Positions 1-11,199 of a stretch of DNA of 64,000 nucleotides are shown in pieces. Source of the DNA: an uncultured cyanobacterium. GTDB lineage: Bacteria; Cyanobacteriota; Cyanobacteriia; Cyanobacteriales; Cyanobacteriaceae. The position numbers were made by a program, and so were the translations under genes. Below the pieces are notes generated by a model. That model had not been told where the DNA came from. It saw only the letters and a list, made by a program, of their open reading frames with translations, and did not search any database. The stretch spans positions 160,001 to 224,000 of the forward strand of contig CAVQBA010000004.1 of the NCBI GenBank assembly GCA_963710605.1. The letters run 5' to 3'. Position 1 is the first letter of the stretch; each line of letters begins with the position of its first letter.

Positions 1-3000
1 GAAATAGAATCAGTCTTAATTGGTTTGTCTTCTGGATTAGCTGATACCGAACAGTTAGATTTAGCCCTAAGGGCATCTCATTCGGTTAAAGGCGGTGCAG
101 GGATGATGGGTTTTATTCCCCTGAGTAATATGGCTCATCGAATAGAAGACTTTTTTAAAATTTTACGGGTTCGTTATCATTCCACGCAAATTGCAACACA
201 AGTCGAAACTTTATTACTCAAAAGTTTAGATAGCTTAAGACAAGTTAGTGAATTACATCGTCAGGGTGAAGACATTTCACAAGAGTGGCTAGATAGTAAT
301 GTTAATCCCATTTTTATTTCTTTGGTTGAACATTTAGGAGAAGTTCGAGACGAAGATGAAAATCAGTTATTAGGTGATAATGAAGACGATGATTCTCTGC
401 TTTTTTTGGTAGAAGAAGGTATGGAAACTATTGTTGATGAATTTGAACAAAAACACCATCAACTTCAAAACATCGAACTAGCTGAAGAATTAATGATGAC
501 GGCTGAAAAACTTCTGACTTTAGCTCGTATGGCAGATTTAGAACCTTTAATTCAATTATGCGAATCTATTCAAGAGCAAACTAAAATTGCTAGTGCCGAA
601 TTTTTACCTTCTTTGAGTCAACAATGTTTGAGTCTATGGCAACGATCGCATGGCTTAATAGTCAGGGGTAGTTTAGACAAACTTCCGTGGGACTTGGAGG
701 GGTTTGAAACATCTGAGGTTGAGCAAAATTGGGATAGCGAACTTGAGCAAGTAAACCTGACAACTGAATTAGAAATATCAGATATTGATATTGATCCTTT
801 GTTAGAAGAGCAGTTGAATCATTTAGAAGAATTTACTCAGTTGAATGAGATAGAGATACCAAAAGAAGATTTAGCTGATTTTTCCCCGATCGAATTTGAG
901 CCTGATTTATTAACTGATACCTCTTGGCAAAATGAAGATTTATTAGATTTACAAGCAGTTTTTGCTCAAGAAAATACTTTAGATGAAGAAACTATCAAAA
1001 AAGTAGTTACCCTTGAAGAATCTGTTAAAGATGTCTTTACTCCTGAAAAAGTCGTACCTGAAACTGTAATCGGTAAAATAGAGCCGAATAAAGTTAGTAA
1101 AACAATTAGGGTATCTGTTGAGCAGTTTCAGCAATTTAATGGTCTTTTTAGCCAATTAGTTTTAGAACGTAATCGAATTAACTTACGTTTAGAGCAACTC
1201 AAACGTTATACTACTTTAATGCGATCGCGTATGGATCGTTTGGAGTTATCTAACAATCAATTAAAAAACTGGTACGATAAAGCTTCGGTTGAAGGGATTT
1301 TATCGAATCAAACTATTAATAATAATTATTCTCTTCCTCTTCCTCTTTCTCTTCCTCTTGCTCAAAATTTAGTCGTATCTAATCCTAGCTTAGTTGTATC
1401 ACCTGAAAAAGGACGATTTGATGCTTTAGAAATGGATCGTTATAGCGATTTGCATTTAATATCTCAAGATCAAATAGAAACGATCGTGCAATTGCAAGAA
1501 GTAAGTACAGATATTGAAACTAGTTTACAAGAAATTAATCAGGTAGTACAAGAACTAAACCAAACTTCTCGTGCATTACAAGGTAATATTACTAGAACTC
1601 AAATGATTTCTTTTGCTGAAATAGTCAAACCTTTCCCTCGTTTGATTAGAGAGCTTAGTATGAGTTTTGACAAACAAGTTAACCTCAAAATTGAAGGTAC
1701 AGCCACATTACTCGATCGAGCAATTATTGAAACTTTAAATGCACCTTTAATGCACTTAATGCGTAATGCTTTTGATCATGGAATCGAAGATACAGCTACT
1801 CGTATTGCTAACAACAAATGGCCAGAGGGAACAATTACTCTGAATGCTGTTAACCGAGGTACACAAACTATTTTAACTATCAGTGACGATGGTGCTGGAA
1901 TTAATTTAGATAAAATAGCTGTTCAAATCAAAAAAATGGGGATTAGTGATGAGCAAATTAGTCAAATGTCACAATCTCAAATGCTTGATTATATTTTCCA
2001 ACCTGGATTTACTACCACCGATAAAGTAACTAAAATTTCGGGTAGAGGAGTAGGAATGGATGTAGTTAAAACTAGCATCAAAGAAGTTCGTGGAGACATT
2101 AGTATCGACACTAAAGCCAATCAAGGAACAACTTTCACCATTAAAGTTCCTTATACTCTTTCTATTTTACGGGTAATGTTAGTTGAAAGAATAGGCATGA
2201 TATTTGCTGTTCCTGTAAATAGTATTCGACAGGTTTTTCATTTAGAAGAAGAACATTTATCTACTTCTAATTTACCAGAGATTACTTGGCAAGATAAAAC
2301 AATTCCTCTGGTACAGATGGAAAAAAGCTTAACTTTTAATCGAGCTTACAAATCTTTTGAAATGGATGAAAATCCGATTATTGACAAACCGATGGCTTTA
2401 ATCGTCGGGGAACAAAATAATTGTTTAGGTGGTTTAAGAATCAATCGTTTTTGGGGCGAGCAAGAAGTTAGTGTCCGTCCGATTGATAGTATTATACCTT
2501 TACCTAAAGGATTTGTTAGTTCTATAATTCTTGGAGACGGTAGAGTAGTGCCTGTAATCAATCCAATCCAAATTTTGGAAACGTGCTTACAACAGCAACA
2601 GAATACTCATACTGAAAATGAAATTGACGGCAAGTTAACCAAAAATAATCTTTTAAATCTAGAAAATACAGTAATTGTTGAACAAACTAATAAAATTTTA
2701 ATTGTTGATGATTCAATTAATGTACGTCGTTATCTAGCATTAACTTTAGAAAAAGCAGGTTATGAAGTCGAACAAGCAAAAGATGGACAAGAAGCAGTAG
2801 ATAAAATATTGTCAGGGCTTTTAGTTCAAGCTATTATTTGTGATATCGAAATGCCGAGACTAGACGGTTATGGAGTTTTAGAAGAGATTAAAGGTAAATC
2901 AGAATTTGCTTCTCTTCCGATTGCGATGCTAACTTCTCGTAGTAATGAAAAACATCGTAAACTAGCAATGAATTTGGGTGCTGAGGCTTATTTTTCTAAA

Positions 3001-3054
3001 CCTTATGACGAACAAGATTTACTTGAAACAATAGAGCAACTAATCAACAAGTAA
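1..3054 (+). CDS. cheA: CheA-like hybrid chemotaxis/pilus histidine kinase (Hpt, HATPase, CheW, REC), 5' end outside window
   Basis: Hpt motif SHSVKGGAGMMG, N box HLMRNAFDHGIE, G box SGRGVGMDVV, CheW domain and C-terminal receiver. The frame is open from base 1 (EIESVLIGL...). Confidence 0.9.
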   Translation, partial: EIESVLIGLSSGLADTEQLDLALRASHSVKGGAGMMGFIPLSNMAHRIEDFFKILRVRYHSTQIATQVETLLLKSLDSLRQVSELHRQGEDISQEWLDSNVNPIFISLVEHLGEVRDEDENQLLGDNEDDDSLLFLVEEGMETIVDEFEQKHHQLQNIELAEELMMTAEKLLTLARMADLEPLIQLCESIQEQTKIASAEFLPSLSQQCLSLWQRSHGLIVRGSLDKLPWDLEGFETSEVEQNWDSELEQVNLTTELEISDIDIDPLLEEQLNHLEEFTQLNEIEIPKEDLADFSPIEFEPDLLTDTSWQNEDLLDLQAVFAQENTLDEETIKKVVTLEESVKDVFTPEKVVPETVIGKIEPNKVSKTIRVSVEQFQQFNGLFSQLVLERNRINLRLEQLKRYTTLMRSRMDRLELSNNQLKNWYDKASVEGILSNQTINNNYSLPLPLSLPLAQNLVVSNPSLVVSPEKGRFDALEMDRYSDLHLISQDQIETIVQLQEVSTDIETSLQEINQVVQELNQTSRALQGNITRTQMISFAEIVKPFPRLIRELSMSFDKQVNLKIEGTATLLDRAIIETLNAPLMHLMRNAFDHGIEDTATRIANNKWPEGTITLNAVNRGTQTILTISDDGAGINLDKIAVQIKKMGISDEQISQMSQSQMLDYIFQPGFTTTDKVTKISGRGVGMDVVKTSIKEVRGDISIDTKANQGTTFTIKVPYTLSILRVMLVERIGMIFAVPVNSIRQVFHLEEEHLSTSNLPEITWQDKTIPLVQMEKSLTFNRAYKSFEMDENPIIDKPMALIVGEQNNCLGGLRINRFWGEQEVSVRPIDSIIPLPKGFVSSIILGDGRVVPVINPIQILETCLQQQQNTHTENEIDGKLTKNNLLNLENTVIVEQTNKILIVDDSINVRRYLALTLEKAGYEVEQAKDGQEAVDKILSGLLVQAIICDIEMPRLDGYGVLEEIKGKSEFASLPIAMLTSRSNEKHRKLAMNLGAEAYFSKPYDEQDLLETIEQLINK

Positions 3055-3147
3055 TAAATCTAGTTATCCAGAATTAACTACCAACTAAATTACTCTGATT
3101 GCTTAGAGTGGTTATTAAAGCATAACTAGATCTAAAATACTTATCTA

Positions 3148-4500
3148 ATGATCAACTATTCACAAAAATATGACATGAGTGAACAAAATTTTCAACCAAT
3201 TAAAATTATTCAACACTTAGCTAAAAAAAATAGTAGTGGTAATTTATTAGTTAAAGCAAATTCTGTAAGTTGGGTAATCGGTTTATTTCGAGGAAAGTTA
3301 CAATACGCTTATTACTCTTTACAGTCTTTTAGAACTATTAAAAATATTTTACAACGTTACAATTTTAGTAGTACAGCTAAAACGATTCTCCAAAAAGGAA
3401 AAAATATTTTACAACAAAGTCACAAATCGGTTTTTTCTTTGGTTAATCAATTAGCGAAAGAAAATCTTTTAACTAATAATCAAAAACATATTCTGTATCA
3501 AGAAATAACTAAAGAGGCAATCGAATTTTTTTCTTGGTTAACTCAAGCAAAGTATCAATGGAAATCTTCGTCTGATAGTTTATCTTCGGATAATATTACC
3601 AATAATGTTCTGATTGGTGATGTTAGCTCTGTTTTCAAATTTCTGGAAAATAAATTACAAGTCTGGCAAAAATTTAGTTCGTTGGTTACTTCTCCCTATC
3701 AACGTTTGGTTTTTCCTAATCATAGTCTCTTAAAACAAAAGATTCCCAATGGTACTCTTGCCCCTGAACTATTAGTTAAATTAGCTAAAGCCATGAATGG
3801 AAGTACAATTAGCGAAATAGCAATCGCTTTAAAGCAAAATGAGTCAAGAGTTATACAACTTCTACTACCTTATCTTAAATACAAAACGATCGTTTTACAA
3901 CCACCTTCATCTCCTTTCGATAAATTACCAACAATTCCTTTACCTAGTGCTAATGTAACTAAAATTTCTTCCCCTACTTTTAACAAAGTATCTAAATCAG
4001 CTAATCCAATTAATAACTCTTCTGTTGTTACTACACCCATAACGATCGCCCCCGAAAACACAACTACGATCGCCGAACCTGCTGTGGTTGAACAACTAGA
4101 AGAAAAATCGACTGATTTTGTTGAAAATAAGTCAAAGGTTTATAAAATAGTTTCTATTGATGATAGTCCGGCAATGTTAGATGTAATTCGTAATTATTTG
4201 GGAACAGAAAAATATGAGGTTTGCACTTTAGAAAATGCCATGTTATCTTTAGGACCTATATTTGACATGAAACCTGATTTGATTTTAATGGATTTTTCAA
4301 TGCCTAAAATTAATGGTAATAAACTATGTCGGATTTTGAGAAAAAGTCATCTATTAGCTAAAACACCAATCATTATGGTTAGTGGTAGTTTGAAAATGAA
4401 TGATCAACAAAAACTTCAAGATAGTGGAATTACTGATTATTTGGCTAAACCTTTTACAAGAGAAAATTTACTTAATATCGTTGAAAAATACCTGAGATAA
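3148..4500 (+). CDS. PatA-family response regulator (N-terminal PATAN-like domain, C-terminal REC)
   Basis: C-terminal receiver (IDDS...DLILMD...LAKPF), long N-terminal domain, located next to cheA. Confidence 0.75.
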   Translation: MINYSQKYDMSEQNFQPIKIIQHLAKKNSSGNLLVKANSVSWVIGLFRGKLQYAYYSLQSFRTIKNILQRYNFSSTAKTILQKGKNILQQSHKSVFSLVNQLAKENLLTNNQKHILYQEITKEAIEFFSWLTQAKYQWKSSSDSLSSDNITNNVLIGDVSSVFKFLENKLQVWQKFSSLVTSPYQRLVFPNHSLLKQKIPNGTLAPELLVKLAKAMNGSTISEIAIALKQNESRVIQLLLPYLKYKTIVLQPPSSPFDKLPTIPLPSANVTKISSPTFNKVSKSANPINNSSVVTTPITIAPENTTTIAEPAVVEQLEEKSTDFVENKSKVYKIVSIDDSPAMLDVIRNYLGTEKYEVCTLENAMLSLGPIFDMKPDLILMDFSMPKINGNKLCRILRKSHLLAKTPIIMVSGSLKMNDQQKLQDSGITDYLAKPFTRENLLNIVEKYLR

Positions 4501-4572
4501 TTGATAATTGACAATTGATAATTGACAATTAATACTTGCTACTCCTTACTCATTACTCATTACTCCTTACTC
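4497..4572. repeat. Two short heptamer tandem repeat tracts (STRR-like: TGATAAT/TGACAAT and TACTCCT/TACTCAT)
   Basis: Read directly between the convergent patA-like and mutS2 genes. Confidence 0.85.
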
Positions 4573-4589
4573 AAAAAAACTGTTCCCTA

Positions 4590-7011
4590 TTATTTTAAAT
4601 AAGCAATCGTTACACCGCTACCTCCTTCATTTTGAGGAGCTAGTTCATGGCTACTAATTAGAGGATGAGATTTTAAAAACTGATGAACGCCTTCTCGTAA
4701 ACTACCTGTACCTTTACCATGAATAATCCATAATGTCCCAATTTCGATCGCATTATCGATCGCTTTTTCTAAGATGGGTTCAGCTAAATGTACCCGTTTA
4801 CCACGTATATCGACTGTATTTTGTGATGTACGTACTTTAATCGGTGATTGTTTAGTAACTGTTTTAGTCTGATTATGATTAGATTTGCTAGTTTTAGTAG
4901 TTGTATTGGAAGTTTTAGAAGTTTGTTCTTTTTCCCATCTTTTGCCATCTAAAGATTCAAGAATCATTAAAAGAAATCACCATTTTCATTAAACCAAAAC
5001 GAGCATTAACTTTTTTAGCGTTTTCATCTACATCTAAAACTTCGGCTGTTTGCCCAACACTTAGTATTCTGACTTTTTCTCCTACCTTCGGTTTATAGTT
5101 AACTTTTTGTTTAGCTTTTTGAATGGGGGTAACAAATCGATCGTTAATTTTAGTTAAGGTTTGGGTAGCTTCATGAGCATCTTGTGCTGTTGGATCACCT
5201 TTTTTTTGTAACTCCTTTATTACCTGAGCAATTTGACTTTTAGCATCTAAAAGCATTTTTTGTACTGCATCTTCTTGCTCTTTTTTTAAGTCTCTTTCTC
5301 GCTCTTGTAAAGATGTTGCTTTATCTTCTACTTGTCGATAAAATTGCTCTGTTTTTTTGAGTAATTCTTCAGCTTGTTGATGTTTGTCTTCTTGCTCTCT
5401 TCTTTGGTTTTCTAACGCTGAAATTAATTCGTTGATATCTTCAGAATAACCACCTACTAAATGTTGAGCCGATTCAATCACTTGTTCAGGTAACCCCAGT
5501 CTTTTAGCAATTGTAATCGCATTAGAACGCCCCGGTATCCCCCATAATAATCTATAGGTAGGTTGTAAGCTTACATCATTAAATTCAACAGAAGCATTCT
5601 CAAAACGATCATCACTGTATTTTAAACTTTTCAACTCTCCATAATGGGTAGTCGCAATAGTCAATAAATTATTAGCCGCTAAATTTTGTAAAATAGCGAT
5701 CGCAATTGCTGTACCTTCATTAGGATCTGTACCTGCACCTACTTCATCAAGTAGCACTAAAGATTTTCCTGATTTGATTTGTTCAAAAATACGGACAATC
5801 CGACAAATATGTCCGGAAAATGTTGACAAACTTTGTTCTAAAGACTGTTCATCACCTATATCGGCTAAGATACTATCAAACCAAGGTAAACGAGGAACTT
5901 CATTAGTCGGGATAAATAAACCAACTTTAGCCATCAAAGCCGCAATCCCGATCGTTTTCAATGTTACTGTTTTACCCCCAGTATTTGGTCCTGTTATCGC
6001 CACTACTTTAATTTGAGAATCGATTAAAACATCGATTGGTACTACCGAATTACCATCTTCGTGTTTTTCTTGCCAGATTAACAACGGATGTTTGAGTTGC
6101 TTTAACCTAATATTTTCACCAGCCACAAAATCAACCAATTCAGGGGCATAACCTTCAAACCAGACACTATAACGAGCTTTGGCTGTAGCTAAATCTAAAG
6201 CTGTAGCAACAGCTAAAAGTAACTCTAATTCAGTTTCATTTTCGGCAACTTTTTCACTCAGTTGACGTAATATTTTTTCTTCTTCTCTTTTTTCTTGATT
6301 ACGACTAGTCTGTAACTGATTACCCAAATTAATAATTTCTTTAGGTTCGATATATAATGTTGAACCTGTACTTGAGCTATCGTGAACTATTCCTTTTATT
6401 TGCCCACTACAAACTGATTTAACAGGCAAGACAAAACGATCGTTTCTTTGAGTAATTACAGTTTCTTGTAAAGCATTACCTTGACGCTGAACGATTGATT
6501 GTAACGTTTGTTGGATTTTTATTCGTAGAGATTTTAGTTTTTGCCGAATACTTGATAGTTGAGGGCTAGCTCTTTCGGTAACTTCACCACGATCATCAAT
6601 ACAATAATGTATTTCTTTTTCTAATTCAGGAAAAGTTTTAATTTCACTACAGATTTGTTGTAAAGTTACTAACTCTTCTTTATCTTCAATTATTCTTCTT
6701 AATTTTCTTACCCCAGCTAAGGTAGTCGCCAAATTTAGCAATTCTTCACCTTGCAAAAAACCACCAATACCCGCTCTTTGGATCGATTCTCCTACATCAT
6801 GAATTCCTGCAAAAGACCAATTACAATTCACATCTGTTTCTAACTGGCAAATTTCTTGGGTTTGAGCTAAAAGATCTTTACTTTCAGTTATTGTAGCAGG
6901 AATAGTTAAATTTCTCGATGCGATCGCCCCTAGCTTAGTGGATGCAAAAGTGGCAAGATGTTGACATAACCTTTGCCATTCTAATAAATTGAGAGTTTCT
7001 TGTTCAATCAA
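4590..7011 (-). CDS. mutS2: Endonuclease MutS2, split by one extra base near 4960 that separates the Smr domain
   Basis: Walker A TGPNTGGKT, LLDEVGAGTDP and TTHYGELK in the 684-aa ORF. The Smr motif IIHGKGTG lies in the overlapping 125-aa ORF. Confidence 0.92.
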
Positions 7012-7066
7012 AGCCTAATTATCGTCATCTACATACTGTTTTAATCTTCTCTAGTATATCAATTAA

Positions 7067-7420
7067 CTAAGAAAGTAAGGTATGTTCATAATTAGGTACT
7101 TGACTATCTGCCGATTTGATTTGATACTTAACCAAATTTGCTAATTCTTCTAACTGGTTAATTGCTTCTGCCCCTTCTAATTTCATCAATTCTCAATCGT
7201 CTTGCATCTCAGTCCAAGTAATACCATAATCAGAAACTAAGAAACGAATCAAATGATTATCACCTAAACTGACCATAAATGATGCACTATTCATTTGCGT
7301 TCCACAAGTGTAACAAGAAGCGATATAACCTCTTTTCTCTAGAACGATCGCTAATGCCTGTAGATTCATCACTAAATCTTTGACAAATTCTTGATATTGT
7401 TGTGCTAACCGAATAAACAT
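7067..7420 (-). CDS. DUF1815-like conserved cyanobacterial protein with an internal TGA at 7193-7195
   Basis: The frame continues past TGA (ELMKLEGAEAINQLEELANLVK...) to TAG at 7067. Context GAC GAT TGA GAA where CGA (Arg) is expected. Confidence 0.75.
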
Positions 7421-7810
7421 TTATACCTCCTTATGCACGTTACCTAATGGTTTAGACAATTCTTAATATTTTTTTAAGATTTTACCCTTAAATTATATGC
7501 TATCTTCAGATAAAAGTACAAAATTTATTTTCTGGTTTATCTTCACTTCTTACAAGGATAACCTAATTAATTAGAAAAGACATCCGCAATTATTTTTGGG
7601 TTAGTTATAGATAACACAATACCTAAAAAAAAGTCAACACGAAAACTAAAGTTACGGTATCTTCAATAGTAGTGTGCTGGCTAGTTACATCATGACTAAA
7701 TGAATTTATTAAAGCCAAAAAATAACGACAATATGATGACTAGCTGAGCGTGCTGTTTTGCTAATTGAAACATATTGCCGTAGTATTTAGTTTAAATTAT
7801 CGATTGATTA

Positions 7811-8312
7811 CTAACTGTCGTATCCTAAATCGAAAGTAATTTCACGAACACCAGGAATAGCTTTAATTGTTTCAACTAAATCTTTAGCTGCTTTCTTATT
7901 ACTAGTTTGTCCTGAAAGTCTGACTGAGCCACTAGCAACACCAACAACAATATCATCGCCGGCAGAAGACTGAACAGTTGCAGTTAAGCTTTCATCATCT
8001 ATAGTCTGCGCATTTGAACCCATTCGTTCAGGATATTCTAGAACCTGAATAATGATTACCACTAGGACTAGTTTTAAGCTCTTCTTCAAATTGTTTATTA
8101 TCCGCAGAAATAGCTGAATCTTTAGCCGCTAAAGCACCAAAGGTCACATCAGTAGTAGTCAAGGCAATAGCACTGTTAGAGTATCCCAACAAAATTATTC
8201 CTAACAACAAAGCTGTTAACTTGCTTAAAGAATTTCTTTTTTCTATCTTGAGGTAGGTAGTTACAGCTATACCTAAGATAGAGAGTGATACTAGTAATAT
8301 TGTAAGATCCAT
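7811..8312 (-). CDS. Membrane-anchored BON-domain protein, frameshifted near 8042
   Basis: Two overlapping ORFs join on removing one base (…NHYSG|LEYPERM…). Hydrophobic N-terminus and BON-like C-terminus (VRLSG…IKAIPGVREI). Confidence 0.7.
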
Positions 8313-8947
8313 TCGTGTGATTCTCCTTTTTTACAATTTTTTATTTGATTTTTTGAGAGTAGTTGTTTCTAACCACTGAACTACATCCTATAGAGTTCTA
8401 ATGGTTATTTACATCTTCCTCAAGATAGATTTTATTAGGTAAATACTCCTTAACGATAAAATCTTAATAATTAGAAATAATTGAGCGAAGTTATCATTTT
8501 CAATAATCATTTATCTGTTGATTAATAAAAATTAGATAATCTACTATTTTGAGTCCTGTTGATTAAACTATCTATTAGATAAACATGATCTGATACTTTA
8601 GCGATCGAGCTTTTTTTGATTAAAAGGAATCGTTATGTTACCTAAATTTCTGATTGAAAAGTCACTTTAAATAATTATCTGTATCAATAAAGTTATTCAT
8701 AAATAATTAATCATAATAAAAAAAATGATATTATCTAACTATTACTTAGTTTTTAACTACGGTAATTAAAATTAAAATTAAAATAATTAAATCTGGTTAT
8801 TTACACTATAAAAATTAGGTTGAACAATATTTATCCACATCAAAGTTATCTTCTTAAAAATATGTCTTTAGTTAGAGTACATTGGCTATCAATATCTAAT
8901 ATGATTAGAGACAGATAAGCACACATCTGAAAACATATAAATAATTT

Positions 8948-10012
8948 ATGAATAACTTAAGATACAAAAGAGCAGTGGGTCTATACAGAACCCGTGCCGA
9001 AGCCGAGAAAGTCATTCAAGCTCTTAAGAATGATGGCTACAATATGGATAGAGTATCTGTAATAGCTAAAGATAATGATAAGGTAGCAGGACATGCAACC
9101 ACCCAAACCAAAGACGTTGGTAACGAAGCTGATAAAGGTGCCGCTACAGGTGCATTAGCGGGTGGTACTCTAGGTGGTATTACAGGTTTACTCGTCGGAC
9201 TAGGACTTTTAGCTATTCCTGGTGTAGGTCCTATTTTATTAGCTGGTGCAGAAGCAACTACTATCGCTACAACTCTAGCTGGTGCCGGTATTGGTGCCGC
9301 AGCAGGTGGATTAGTTGGTGCTTTAATTGGTTTAGGTATTCCTGAAGAGAAAGCTAAGATTTACAGTGATGGTGTTTCTAACAACCAATTTTTGGTAATG
9401 GTAACAGGTACAGAAGCTGAAATTAACAAAATTAGCTCAATCATGCGTAATTATAACGTCAGTGATTTTGATATCTATGATGCCGCACCTCCAACAACAG
9501 CAACAACAGCAACAACAACAACAAATACTACTATGAATAACTACAATCCTGAATTACCTAAAACTACTAATATCGATCGTGATGTAACCACTACAGATCA
9601 AGAAAACATCAAACTTTACGAAGAACGTTTAGTAGTCGATAAGCAAAATCAAAAAGTAGGTGAAGCTACTATCGGTAAAAGAGTAGAAACCGAAACCGCA
9701 TCAGTTAATGTACCTGTCAGAAAAGAACGTCTTGTAATTGAGCGTAAAGATGTAGTAGATGGAACACCTGTAAATCCAAACACTGTTGACTTTGATGAGA
9801 ATAAAGTAGCGCGTGTTGAAATTTATGAAGAAACTGCTAACGTAAGCAAAGAAGCTTATGTACGTGAAGAAGTTGGTATCCGTAAAGAAGTAGAACAAGG
9901 TACTGTCCAAGCAAACGAAACTGTACACCGTGAAGAATTAGTTGTTGAAACTGACGAAACTGCGACTAGAAAAGTAAATCCTAACACACCAAACAACAGA
10001 AATTTGAGATAG
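8948..10012 (+). CDS. General stress protein (Gly-zipper membrane region) fused to a DUF2382/YsnF-AvaK domain
   Basis: GAATGALAGG…IPGVGPILLAG glycine zipper, then IKLYEERLVVDK…VETETASVNVPV…REEL. Confidence 0.8.
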   Translation: MNNLRYKRAVGLYRTRAEAEKVIQALKNDGYNMDRVSVIAKDNDKVAGHATTQTKDVGNEADKGAATGALAGGTLGGITGLLVGLGLLAIPGVGPILLAGAEATTIATTLAGAGIGAAAGGLVGALIGLGIPEEKAKIYSDGVSNNQFLVMVTGTEAEINKISSIMRNYNVSDFDIYDAAPPTTATTATTTTNTTMNNYNPELPKTTNIDRDVTTTDQENIKLYEERLVVDKQNQKVGEATIGKRVETETASVNVPVRKERLVIERKDVVDGTPVNPNTVDFDENKVARVEIYEETANVSKEAYVREEVGIRKEVEQGTVQANETVHREELVVETDETATRKVNPNTPNNRNLR

Positions 10013-10035
10013 TATCATCTCGATTTTATCTTAAT

Positions 10036-10078
10036 AGGTAATGAGTAAAATTATTATTAAATATTTTGCTTATTACCT
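10036..10078 (+). terminator. Stem-loop after the stress-protein gene
   Basis: AGGTAATGAGTAAAAT … ATTTTGCTTATTACCT inverted repeat. Confidence 0.5.
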
Positions 10079-10243
10079 GAACATAAAATATATAGTTACC
10101 AGAATTCTTTTTTTTTGAATTGAAAAATCAAATATTATCTTAGTTTAAAAGGTAAGTATCTTCAATTGAAAAAAAGTTTTAACTGGCTAATTTTAAAATA
10201 AAGTTATCAATACAAATAATAGTTAATAAAATAGAATCTAAAC

Positions 10244-10708
10244 ATGAATAAGAACAAATTAATCACATTAATATTAGGTAGTACTTTACTTTTTGGTGCA
10301 GTAGGTTGCGATAATGCTCGCACTAGTGTTGATGCACCTGAAACTGTCGATGGAGATGTTTCAGTAGATAATCCGGGTAATGTAGATGAAACTTTAGAAG
10401 ATGCAAACAAGGAAGTCCGTCAAGATCAATTAGATTCTGATATCCGTGCTAGAGAACAACGTAATGATATAGCTGGCGATCAAACTGAGAGAACCGATTC
10501 TGATCTTGAAAGTGAAGTTAGGGCAAAACTAGAAGCTAACATTCCTCGTGCTAAATTAACGATCGAAGCCGAAGAAGGTAATGTTATGATTGTCGGTGCT
10601 GTACCTAGTCAAAAAGAATACGATACTATTGAACCTTTAGCTAAAGAAATTCTAGGTGTTGAAACTGTAAATATGGATGTACAAGTTATTCCTCCAACAC
10701 AGTCGTAG
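10244..10708 (+). CDS. BON-domain lipoprotein
   Basis: Lipobox-like GAVGC, then DSDLESEVRAKLEAN…VMIVGAV…ILGVETV BON pattern. Confidence 0.8.
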   Translation: MNKNKLITLILGSTLLFGAVGCDNARTSVDAPETVDGDVSVDNPGNVDETLEDANKEVRQDQLDSDIRAREQRNDIAGDQTERTDSDLESEVRAKLEANIPRAKLTIEAEEGNVMIVGAVPSQKEYDTIEPLAKEILGVETVNMDVQVIPPTQS

Positions 10709-10765
10709 TTAATTTAATTTAATTTAATTTAATTTTTCTCTTTTCTCTCTACTCTCTAACAAGAT

Positions 10766-10815
10766 AAAAGCGATCGTTATTTGTGATTTAATTCATTAAG
10801 TAACGATCGTTTTTT
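10766..10815 (+). terminator. Probable intrinsic terminator
   Basis: AAAAGCGATCGTTA … TAACGATCGTTTTTT stem with a T tail. Confidence 0.55.
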
Positions 10816-10893
10816 ATTTGAGTTTATTTTAACCGTAGAGAACATACATATACATAGAGGTCAATCAGAATTGAGAATTACCTCTACCTGTCT

Positions 10894-10922
10894 GTAGAGA
10901 CGTAGCACTGCTACGTCCGTAC
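10894..10922. repeat. REP-like GTAG…TAC palindrome
   Basis: GTAGAGACGTAGCACTGCTACGTCCGTAC. Confidence 0.75.
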
Positions 10923-11121
10923 TAGGCTTGAAATAATGAATTAATTATTTTCTTATTTTCCTTTTTGATAATTAAACACTACAAAAGTTCACTGTTTAAA
11001 AAGAATTAAAATTAGGTAACATCGATCGAGTTTACTTAATCTTTCACCGCTAAAAAAAATCTTTCCAAATATTTTTACTTACTTAAAAGAAATGATTAGA
11101 AAGACTAATTGAATAAATTGT

Positions 11122-11171
11122 TTAGTGAAGGTATCTCATCAGCCATAATTACCGTTCGATATCTTCACTAA
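11122..11171 (-). terminator. Stem-loop 3' of ndhD2
   Basis: TTAGTGAAGGTATC … GATATCTTCACTAA. Confidence 0.5.
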
Positions 11172-11199
11172 TAGTTACAGATAAAACAAACTTTATTGA

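Noticed and set aside
4590-4967. Stand-alone Smr protein or programmed frameshift in mutS2
   Set aside because: No slippery sequence at the junction, and several similar one-base breaks occur in the window, so error is more parsimonious.
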